A stretch of DNA of 64,000 nucleotides, from the NCBI GenBank assembly GCA_048213135.1, contig PS015054.1, positions 195,812-259,811 on the forward strand, given 5' to 3'. Source of the DNA: Reclinomonas americana ATCC 50394. Its lineage: Eukaryota. This document shows positions 48,101 to 59,200 of this stretch, in pieces (positions within the stretch are counted from its first letter, which is position 1; each line of letters begins with the position of its first letter). Position numbers and translations under genes: made by a program. A model generated the notes under the pieces. The model was not told where the DNA came from, did no database searches, and worked only from the letters and a program-made list of their open reading frames with translations.

Positions 48101-51100
48101 CATCTCGATTCGGCGTGGGAGCAGCGAGCGCTACTTGGACGATTACACACTGGCGGCGCCGTCGGTAACCAGCGACGGCACGCTGGTGGCTGTCACCGGT
48201 GGTCTCTTTGCGGCCAACAAGTCATATTCCGTTCGGGTCTGTGTCACACCAGTGTGTTTGCCGTATGCATGCGACGACCCTGATTCTTACCATTCCTTTT
48301 TGCAGGTATGTGCCATGACGCTTGGCGGTGGGCTCGGCACCTGCAGTGCCGCGCAGTCGGTGACGACAGCATCCAGTCCGTCAGTGCCACAGGATGCACC
48401 GACCATTGCTGCGGTGCGCCGAATCACGCCACAGAGCATGCAAGTCGAATGGACTGCGTCCGCCACTGCCGGCTCCGGCGGCCTCACCTCTCCGTTCTAC
48501 GTGTTCGAGATGCTGCTGCCGAACAGTTCCTACGCGACAGTATCTTTTGCGCCGACGACCGTGATCAGTGCCACCACATATCGCAACACTGCCGTGCTCA
48601 CGTTCCCCTCGCCTGACACCCTCTTCTCCATTCGAGTTGCGTATACATTTGTGTTAGCGTATCGGCTCTCTCAGGCACTGACGACGCACACACACAGGTG
48701 CGCGCTCTCGGACGAACTGGTGTCGGCGTGGCTAGTTCTGACACGCAAGTACGCACTGCGCCGGATGGAGGTCTCGTTCACCGTCGCAGCCATCTGTAGC
48801 CGCCAATGGCCTTTATTGACCTCCTTTTTTCCTGCCATAATGCAGGTGGCTCTGGTCCGGGCCTTGCGCAATCAATCGCCTACACGCAAAAGACCTCTTC
48901 ATCGTTTGTGCTGACATGGATTGAGCCGTCGGTGACCTCGACGAACACGCTCTCTGGCTACGATGTTGGCATTCGCGTGTCCGGTACCTCCACATTCACG
49001 CCATTAACGACACCAGTGGCGATTGCTGGCCTGTCGGCCTCGATTAGCATCACGGGCTTGTCGGCGGCCACCGTCTACGATATTTCGATCACGGCGCGCA
49101 ATTCACTCAATGTCAGTGGCGTGTCGGCGTTCGTGACGGTGACAACCGAGTCCACCGGTTCCGTGCCATACGCTCCCACCAACTTGCAGGCGGCTCGTGT
49201 GACGCAATCGACTGCCTCCATTCTCTTCCGTCGTCCAGCCAATGTCGGTGGCTCTGCGTTGACCGACTGGTTGTTGGAGGCCGCCACGTCGTCATCGTCG
49301 ACGTTTTCGCGTGTTTCTGGCATTGTGGTGACGTCGCTGACCAGCACGAGTGCCACCACTGGTCGCGTCAACGACATGTGGCAGCGCATGGATGTGCCGA
49401 ACCTGTCACCATCTACCTCGTATCGCATGCGGGTGTGCACCGTATTTTTTTCATTTCTGTTCGTCTTTCCGCTCGTCTCAGCACTGACCGTAGCACCTCC
49501 GTGCAGATTTCCGCCGTTAATGAATTCGGCACTGGTGCAGCCAGCGACGAGCTGTCACTCGCCACGCCCGACATTGGCGCATTGCCTGGCTCCGTAACGT
49601 CTCTGAATGTGACGCAAGTGTCGACCACCACTGTCTCCTTGTCGTGGGTCGAGCCAGTTCTCTTTGGCCAGAGTGCCCTGTCGACGCCGGCATATTCGGT
49701 GTCTCTCAGCTCCAATTCGTCACCGTTCACGACCGCAACTGGCTCACTCTCCGGCACCACTTTCACTGTCACCGGACTCAGTGCGGGGCGCTCGTATCGC
49801 ATGCAAGTGCAAGCCGTCAACTCGCGCGGTGCTGGCCCAGGTCAGTACGTGGATGTGACTACGTGCACAACCACCGAGGCTCCTGGAGTGCCCGATCCAC
49901 CGGTGCTGCTCTCTGTCAGCGACGTCAGTGCACAGCTGTTGTGGAGTCCACCCATTCGCCGCGGTGGTGGAACCCTGTCGTCGTACACACTTTACACGTC
50001 GGTGTCGGGCCGGGCCACCAGCATTGTGACGTCGTCTTCCGTGACCTCCATGTCTCTCACCAATCTCGTTCCCGGTCAGACGCACACATTCCAAGTTGCG
50101 GCTCCTAAGTACCCACCTCTTGTGTATCACCACACCACTCCACTCACACTTCATGCGATGCACTTGCAGGTGTCAGTCTCGGCGCAAATCGGCAACTCGT
50201 CAGTGAACAGCACGCTCAGCAGTACGACGGCGGTGGTCACGTCACCCATCGCTGCGCCGTACCCAGTTCCCACGATCCTGACGACATCTGTTGGCGCCGG
50301 CTCTGTGGCATTCACGTGGACTCCGTCATCGACCAATTCTCCCGGCACGCAGGCCGCTCTCGACAGTGACTATGTGCGCTACGAGATCGTGGCCGGCACG
50401 TACAACAGCACGCTGGCGGCGAACTACACGGTCACCGACGTTTATCCGGTGCCGACACCCTCATTGTCGCTGTCGTCGTACACCCTCACGGGCCTCTACG
50501 CCAGCACTCTGTACAACTTCAAGGTAACGTGAGACGCACTCGCCACCGCCTTTCGCTGATGTATATCTGACCAGACTCGCATGCGCAGCTCCGTGTCACC
50601 AATGGCCATCGAGTGGCGACCTCGGACGCTGTGGTGACGGTGACGACATCGTCGACCACGGTGGCTCCGTCGGGTGTGACCAATCTGCAGTCGGTGCTGT
50701 TTGCCAAGACGAATTCGACGATGCAGCTCAAATGGGACCCTCCGTCCGAGTCTGGTGGTTACGGACCGATTGCGCAGTACTTTGTGACATTCCGGTCGAG
50801 CAAGACAACAGGCACGACGCTAGCCTCCTCCACCACCTCCATTCTGCTTCTGGGTCTGCTGAACAACACGGCATACACTGTGGATGTTGCGTGGATGTGT
50901 GCACGTGTAATGTGCCTGTGTGTGGGTGTGTGTCGGCTCACTCGACTCGAGCAGGTCAGAGCGGTGAATTCGCGCGGTCGCTCAACAGTGACGGCCACCT
51001 GGAAATCGGCCGCCGAAACACTCAATGGGAATCCCGTCACCACCGGTGAGCTCAACATATGTGTGTTTCTTTGTGCAACATGTTTGCAGAAAGTGCCTCT

Positions 51101-52414
51101 CATACGTGCGTGTGTGTGTGCAGGGTCGGTACCCCGTATTCCCACTGGACTGTCTCTGGTGGCGGCCAGTACCACCACCACTGTTCAAGTCGGATGGACG
51201 GCACCCAGTGACACCGGCAGCAGTTCGATTACAGGCTGGCGTATTCTCACGCAAGCGGCGTCGACGCTCTCCTACCTGCCGACAACAACACGCATCCTCT
51301 CCGACCCCAATCAACGCTCCTTCTCGCTGACCGTCGGCAACGGCGGTCTCTACCGTGTGACAGTGGCCGCCACCAATAGTTTCGGGTACAGTGAGGAGAG
51401 TGCGGCACTAGTTGTGCAAGTGGCGCCGTCCAGTGGTGCGCCGGCGCAAGTGACTGGTGTTCGCCTAATTAGTCAGGACGGCTGGTCCATGGCACTGACG
51501 TGGACTGCGGTGGCAGCAGCGAACCCACGTGTTGCCGCCACTGGCTACCTCGTTGCGTATCACACGGTGATCCAGCGGACACTGGTAAAGGCCACAGTGC
51601 AGCCGACGACGGCGACCGCAGCAGACACATTCGAGGACTACGGCTCGCTGTCGTGGGTCACTGTCACCGGCCAGGCCAACAACGCAGTGGTGATTTCGCC
51701 CCTCAAGCCGTCAACCATGTACGCGCTCCGTGTGCTGGCCTCGGACGGCACGCAGTTTGGCTTGGCAAGCACTGTTCTGCGCCAGCAGACATCATGTGCG
51801 TTGTTTATCGCTGGCTTTGCATACGCGAAGGAAGTGTGCCTCTCAATTATTCGCCTCTCTCTCTCTCTCCCTCTGCAGCCGCCACGCCCAGCTCACCCAC
51901 TTCGGTGGTGGTCACGAACCGCACGGGAACGACGGCCACACTTTCCTGGTCGCGCCCGGTCAGCTCTGGTGTCGGTGTCCTCACTGCGTACCGCATCAGC
52001 TGGATGCCGACCGACGGCAGCTCCACCGGCGGCAGCATTGATTACGACGGCTCGAACAGCACCTACACTGTCACGTTGCGTTCGTCTTGTGATGCTGTTT
52101 TTTTGTTGCAGAAGAACGCCGGCCGCGGCTCACTGTTGTTGATGCAGTGGTCTTACGACGGGCGTTGCATACGAGTTCACTGTGCGGGCAGTGAATGGGT
52201 TCGGTGCGGGAGACAGCTCGACTGTGCGGGCTGTGGTCTCCTCCTGTTGCGTCGCGTGCACGTGTAATCCAATGCTTCCTGTACACCATTCATCCTGACC
52301 AGCTGTATCTCGAACATTTCTACAGCCGCTGGCACTGCATCAGCCGGGCATCCACCATCCTTGTTGCTGCTAGCATTACTATGCACTTTGGCCACGATCG
52401 TCGCCGCAATGTAA
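45193..52414 (+). CDS. Large secreted Ser/Thr-rich protein with about 16-17 fibronectin type III repeats and a probable GPI-anchor signal
   Basis: Signal peptide; repeated P..PTN…L.W..P…G…L..Y…GL…T.Y…V.AVN..G units; last exon gives …SSSAGTASAGHPPSLLLLALLCTLATIVAAM*. Confidence 0.88.
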
Positions 52415-52702
52415 TCCTGTGTACAATGATGACGATGGTCGGTCTCTCGCTGCGTCGATCCAATGAAATTCCGACGACACCCACACACTCTTTGTTGGCC
52501 CCCGATCACGCGCGCATCTCACTGTGAAGGCTGAACTCCTGGTGATACCCAGCTGCCGTTGATGAAGCGCAGCTTTGAGCACGAGGGTGAGTGTGCAACA
52601 TAGTCCGCAACATAATCTTTTGCAGTATTCTTTCCTGCTCTCCCTTCTCTCCTCTGGTGTATCTACGTGAGAGAGATTGCTTTTTCCTCCGCTCTAGGAA
52701 TC

Positions 52703-55700
52703 ATGGCGGCAGCAGTGCTGGTGATGCACCTTGTGTGTCTGTGTTTGTGTGTGAGTGTGTGCGTGTGTCTTGGCGCCATCGCCATCCACCGACTCCGACA
52801 AGAAAGAGCATCACTCTCATGTTGGCCACTGATCGTTTCCTGCCTGCTTTTCTCTGTCTTTGTGTTCTGTGCGCACTTGATCGTTGCATGCCACTGGTGC
52901 ACATGGTGTTCTGTGGGGCGCGCCTGGCTGCGCGTGGCATTTCCTACTTGCCTTGTGCACGCAGCGCGCCCTCCTTTCCCACGTTCGCGCACCTCGCGCG
53001 CTCGTGCGCTTCCCGTCACGTGCGTGCGCCCTCACGTAGTCATTCGTTGGTGCTCGCAGAGGAGCCTGTGGGCGATGGCGACGCGCAGAAGCGACGCCGC
53101 TTGGCGGGCGACGATGTGTTCGATCAGGGAACTGGTGCTGCATCAGTTTTGGCCTCATCGTCGTCGTCGTCGATGTTGGGCGGCGGAGGTCTCGGGATGG
53201 GCGCACTGGATGGCACTGCCGGTGGTGCTGGTGGAGTCAATGCGGGCATGTCACTGGACCTGAGTGCGGCTGGAGGATACGCCCCGTCGCTGTACAATCC
53301 TCTGGGGGCGCTGGGACATCCGCTGCTGATGGCTCCACAGCTGCAGGAGCTACAGTTGCAACAGCTTCAAGAGCTGCAGATGCAACAGCAGCTGCATCGC
53401 TTGCAGCAACTGCAGCAACTACAACAGCTGCAACAGCTTCGCCAGCAGCAACAGCAACAGCAACAACAACAACAACAACAGCAGCAGCAGCAGCAACANN
53501 NNNNNNNNNNNNNNNNNNGCAGCAGCAGCTGGCACAACAGCAGCATGCGCAGTCGCAGTCGTCGGCGTTGCAGCAACTGCAACAGCAACTGCAGCAACAG
53601 CAACAACAGCAACAGCTTCAGCAGCAGCAGCAGCAGCAGCAACAGCTCCAACAGCAACCGCAGCAGTCGTCGCAGCAACAGGGGTCGCAGGCGAGTGGCT
53701 CCACGCCTGGTGGTCAGCAAGCCAGTGGGTCAATGTCGCAGCTGGCACAGCAGCAGGAGTTGCTGCGCGCGGCAGCTGCGGCCTCCGCACCGTCGCTGAT
53801 TTCTCCGCTGTCGGGACTCGTGTCGCCAGTGGCCGGTCTCATGTTTCCGGGTCTCTATTCGCCATTCCTCGCCCAGTCGCAGCCGGGACTGGGCGGGTTG
53901 TTGACAGCGGCGTCGTTGGCCGGAATTCATCAGGGTCTGGTTGGCTCGCGTGATCTTCAGTCGGCAGCTGGCTTGACTTCGCTTGGGTTCCCGCTGACCA
54001 CCAAGCCGGTATGGTCGCCGTTCACGGCCGTGGAGGAGGCCACAATGCCCGCGGGGTCGCGAATTGGGCCTCCACTGGTGGGTGCCAGCTCGCAGTCGCT
54101 GCAGAGTGGATCACAGCAGCAGCAGCAGCAGCAGCAGCAACAGCAACAACAGCAGCAGTTGCAGCAACAACAGCAGCAACAGCTACAACAGCAACAGCAA
54201 CTCCAGCAACTACAGCAGCTGCAACAGCTACAACAGCTGCAGCAATTACAGCAATTGCAGCAATTCCAGCAGGCACAACTCTCTTCAAACCAAGGGATGA
54301 CGTCGGTGCCGCCGCCGCCACCACCAGCTGCGCCGCCGGCATTGCCGACGGCTCACCAACACCAGCAGCATCAACATCACCATCATCACCACCATCAGCA
54401 ACAGCAGCATCACCATCACCAGAGTCAGCACACGCGTGACTTGCTGTACACGCCAACCAGTGTGCGCACCACCAGCACTGCGTCGTCGCCCTCGTCCGCC
54501 ATCTCGACCATGCTGCATTCCTCGGGCGTCACCACCACCATGCCCACGGCGCAGTCGGCGGGTGGATTCCGTCAGTTGGCGCCGGGTAACGGCTCAGGTG
54601 CATCCTCTATGCTGGGCGGTGGGCTTCCGTCGTCGCAATTATCGCTGCATGGGGGTTTCATGGGCGATTCGTTCGGCCAAGGCAGTTTCGGTGACCCGTC
54701 GCTGCTGCAATACGCGCAGCCGTCGTCACCGTCGGGTGGTGAGAAAGACAGGGGTGTGGCACGGCGTCGTGCCAGTCAGAGCGAGGCCGAGATCGCCAAC
54801 GCGAATTCTCGGCCGTTGGTGTCCACTGATTGGTTCCCTTTTATTCGGTGCGTGCTCAGCCCTACAATGCGTCATCCGCTTCCGTCACTCATCAGTGCCC
54901 GCCTGCAGGTTCCTCAACATGGATTCGTGGCAGGAGTACCATGCCAGTGCTGTGGAGAAGACAAACACGTATGTGACGCGCAATTTGCAGCAGCGGTCGC
55001 TGCAGACGAGCCCGCGCACAACCGGTGCCGACAATTTTAAAGTCCGACTGCGAGTTGCGCTCTCGTGTGGTGAAAAGAAAGGTGGGCGACTGCCTGCGCT
55101 TACTTATGCACCTTGTTCGACTAGGCTCTGTTTGATGTTGTCGAGAGCTTCCTGGATCAGTGGAGTCGGTTGACAAAGGCTGGTCAACGGGCCGAGGCGC
55201 AGGAGGTGTTGCAGAAAGCCACCGACTACATTGTTGCCACGTGCCAGGCCGAGTATCCTGGCATACAACGACGAGCGAAGAATTTTCAGGAGCGGTGCGT
55301 GTCTCCACCGCATTGTTGTTGTTGTTGTTGTTGTTGTTTTGTGTTTATCTCATGCCACGCGGCGACACAGCATCTGGGCCGTGTTGCGCGATCGGTATGC
55401 GCGACTCATTGCACTGTCGCCGTCCGGACCGAGTGGCATTTTCGAAGTGCTCGAGGTGCGTTGCTTTTGCCTGTGAAGAGGTGACTTGGGAGGGTTGGCT
55501 GACGTGTTGATGGTCGACCAGATTCACCGCATGTACCACGACGACTCTCTCAATCGACAGATTGCGATTCCCACCACCGTCACGTACCCCTCGGGAATCT
55601 TGCGACACATTCAGTGTGGTGAGCTGTCCCTTGTTTCTGCCCCTCCATCGTGCGGCGGTGCGCTGACACTGTTGTTTCCTTCGTGTGGTGTCACAGTGTG

Positions 55701-56083
55701 CCGTCTGCCCGACACGGAGGGCTCCATGCGTCACCACAATCGACGCTCGTACCTGCCGGTCACCATCAATGTTGCGTGTGTGTCGTGACGGAGAAGTGCG
55801 TGGATGGCGAGTGTGAGCTGACTGTGGCGGTTTGCAGATGCCGGGCCGTGAGGCACTAAAGTTGTGGTGTGCACTCGAGCCACACGAGCGGGAGGCCGTC
55901 GAGGCCGCCGGTGTCGATGACATGTGCGGGCACCTCATGGGTCCACCTGCCGTGCAGCTCTCGTCGTCGCCCACGTCGGCGCTGGACGGACCCGCGTCGC
56001 CGCCACATGGCAATCCGAATGGCTCCTCTTCATTACCCAGCTACCTGTTGTTTAATCCGCACGGCGCCGACTTCGAATCGTAG
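52703..56083 (+). CDS. Poly-glutamine-rich hypothetical (likely nuclear) protein spanning an assembly gap
   Basis: KRRRL NLS-like motif, long CAG/CAA tracts, poly-H; globular C-terminal exons ending …HGADFES*. The first exon is tentative. Confidence 0.65.
53340..53660 (+). repeat. CAG/CAA polyQ trinucleotide tract containing a 20-N assembly gap (53499-53518)
   Basis: Directly visible in the sequence. Confidence 0.95.
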
Positions 56084-56286
56084 ACTGGCGACGTCGACGT
56101 CGATGTCTTTTTTCACTTTTTTTTGCGTGTTTTGTCTGTTTTGCTTGTGCTTGCTTCTTGTGCATGTGTGCGTGTGTGTATCTGTGTGTCTGTGTGCTAC
56201 GTAAAAAAATACAATTGTCATCAAGGGTCACAAAGGGAGTAACGGTCGACGATCCGGTCGACGACCGACAGAGGACGATCGACTCA

Positions 56287-59200
56287 ATGAGCGACGCAGG
56301 AGCAAGTGCGGCTGCACCGCTCGTGACATCGTCCACTGACCAGCACGACTTGCTGCGCGTTCAGCGTGTGCACGTGCCACTCGATCAGCACACGCGGTTC
56401 GTGATGCGAACCCTGAGCCAGTGTGTGTGTGTGTGTCATCGTTGACCGTGTATGTGCTCTACACAGTGATGCGGTGCGCGCCAAGGAGGCCCGTCGGTAC
56501 CTGGAGAAGCAGATGGAGGAGACAGAGCGACAGGCACATCGACGGGTCACTGAAGTCGAGATGGTTGGTTGGCCTTCGAGGGGGTGCTGACTCGCCAGTG
56601 TTGCCTCTCATCGTCGTGCAGGAATACCAACGACAAGTGGACATGCTGCAGAGGCAGCTGCAGGCGGTGAATCGCGAGTTGGAGTCAGAGCGCGTGGCAG
56701 AACGCGAGGTATCAATTCTCTCTCTCTTGCTCTCTTTGTCTCTCTCCGTGCTTGTTGTGTAACATCCGCGTGTTTCCTCGCCTGCGCAGGCACTGGAAGA
56801 GTGTGAGCAGGTGGCTGCTGACGCCGAGTTGCTGCGGCATCGATACGATGAGGTCTTGCGGCGGGAGAGTGAGCAGGTGAAGCAGAATGCAGAATTGGTT
56901 GCCGCCCTCGAGAACACGCGACGAGAGTGTTGCGTCAAGCGATTGGTTCTCCTCGCACCGCGTGTGCCACACCGATACTGAGGAGGAGGAGGGTGTCTGC
57001 TTGAACACAGATCGCACGTGCTGGCAGCAAAAGGAGGAGACCGAGAGACAGATGGAGCGGCAGCGCAAGGACTCGAACAAGTTGCATGAACGAAACACGG
57101 CGCTGGTACACCAGCTGGAGCTGCGCACACAAGAGGTGCGGCACCGTGGGTGGTGTGCCTGAGTTTGCGCGCGTGGTGGCCCTGACATGTCGATGGGGCA
57201 GCTGGGAACGTTGCAGGATCGGCTGGCCGCTCTCGAGGAGGAGCAGAGCAAGTGGCATGTGAGGGAGAACAGCATGGGCCAAGAGCTGGGTACGCTGCGC
57301 GCAGAAGTGCGTCGTCTCACCGAAGAGACGGCGGCGGCGAAGAAGCATGCTGACGATGTCACGTCGTCGCTCGCCATCGAATCCGATCGCACCACGTTGC
57401 GACTGGAGGCGTTGCGCAAGGAGGCCGAGGCGGAGGTGACGCGTAAGACTGCAGAGGCCGCCACGTGGCAAACCAAGTTCGAGCACCAAGTCGACATGGT
57501 GAGGAGACACGATTGTCGACGATTGCATGTGGAACTGGAGACTCACTCGCCCATGTGTATGAAGACACGCCACCTGGAAGGATCCATTCAGCGGCTGGAG
57601 ACGTCAGTGGCCGACTTGTCACGGCAGCGCGATGAACTGAGGAGACAAGTGGAATTGCGGCGCGAGGAGTTTGTGGCCGAGTCTCGTCGAGCGCTTGAGC
57701 AGCTCACAGAAGACTTGGCCGGCATGCGACGCAGCATCGAAACACTTCGTGCACAGAACGAAGAGCTGCGGACGCAGGCAGACCAGGCACGGCAGACGTT
57801 GAAGCAGAAGCAGGACAAGCACGCCGAGAAGAAGCGGCGTTTCGAGTCACAGGTGCACCTTGTGGCCTCGTGCAGAGAGTGTTTGTCGCGCCGTCGCTTA
57901 CATAAGTTGACAGATGCGAGCGATGGAACAAGAACACAAGCGTCTGCAACAGTCTGCCGAGGAAGCCCTACAGCGTGCCGAATCGCGTGCCGAACAGGTC
58001 TGTGTGGCCTGGCGAGTACTGTGTGTGAGAGACGTGTGGCTGATGTGAGTTGATGCTGTTGTGCAGCTGGCCAACAAAGTCGCGACTGGTGTCGATGACC
58101 TCAATCGGATGCGGCTGGAAGGCGAGAGAGCGCGGATTGATTCTGAGCGGTTGCGTAGCGAGGCGTCGGAGTTGCGACTGCAGCTGCAGCAAATGGAGTC
58201 GGTCGCCGCTGCCTCTCGTGCCGCTGCGACGCAGGACGAAATCAAGCAAGCCGACATGCAGCGCCGTGTGGCAGAGTGTTGCGTTGCATTTTGTTGTTGT
58301 TGTTGTTGTGTTCGCGCCATGAGTCTCATGCGATACGCAGTGGAGACCATGTTGCGGCAGACGGAGGAGAAGCAGGGTGGTCGAATGGCACAAGTGGAAA
58401 AGGAGCGAACAAAATGTTGCGCCGTCCACATCCTTTCCCTCTTCTTCTCTCGCCCCCCTGCTCACCTTGTTGTGTGCGTCCAGTGGCTGCTAGCCATCGT
58501 CGTCTGGACATTGCACTGGACTTGTCGACCAAGGCTCGACAGACGCGCCTGCGTCACCAGCAGCTGCGACATTGCTGGGAGGTTTGGTGAGTTGGGAGTG
58601 TGTGCTCGTGATTACCACATCCGCGCGCAGCGACTGAATGGCGCTGCCGTGACAGGGTCCTGTTTGCCAAGCAATCGCGACAGGAGCGGCTGCAGGCAGC
58701 AGCGCGCGCGCATCATGTATCCAAGACCAAGCTCTTGGTACGAACCGTGCAGCAGCTGCGGCGGGAGGCCACCTTGCGGCAGGCGTTTTCCACGTGGTTG
58801 GCGTCGCACGCTGCCGCCAAGATCGCCAACACGCGCTTGTGCGTCCACTTTCCCCCTCTATTGCAGTGTCTTGGGTGTATAAGTATGCTGAACTGTTGCT
58901 GGAGCGCACAGGGCTTCCATGGCTGCCATCAAGATGGAGCGTAACAAGGTCGAGGCGCAGTTGGAAGCCTTGCAGAAGGAGGCCGCCTCGCACGCGGCAC
59001 AGGCCGCTGCGGCGCAGCACACGGTCGCCTCACTCACCAATCTGGCCGCCTCCACACGCGGTGCGCATACTTGTGGATTATTGTTCTTGTTGCCCACAAT
59101 CATGCTGAGGGTGGTTGCTGCGCGATTGTAGAGCGTCTGATGGACCCGCGAGTTGTGCTGCACCTGGTGTTCACCTTGTGGAAGTATCGCGCGCGTCACC

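Noticed and set aside
53340-54420. Regular repeats as a possible CRISPR or satellite array
   Set aside because: They are CAG/CAA/CAC codon repeats encoding polyQ/H, with no repeat-spacer structure.
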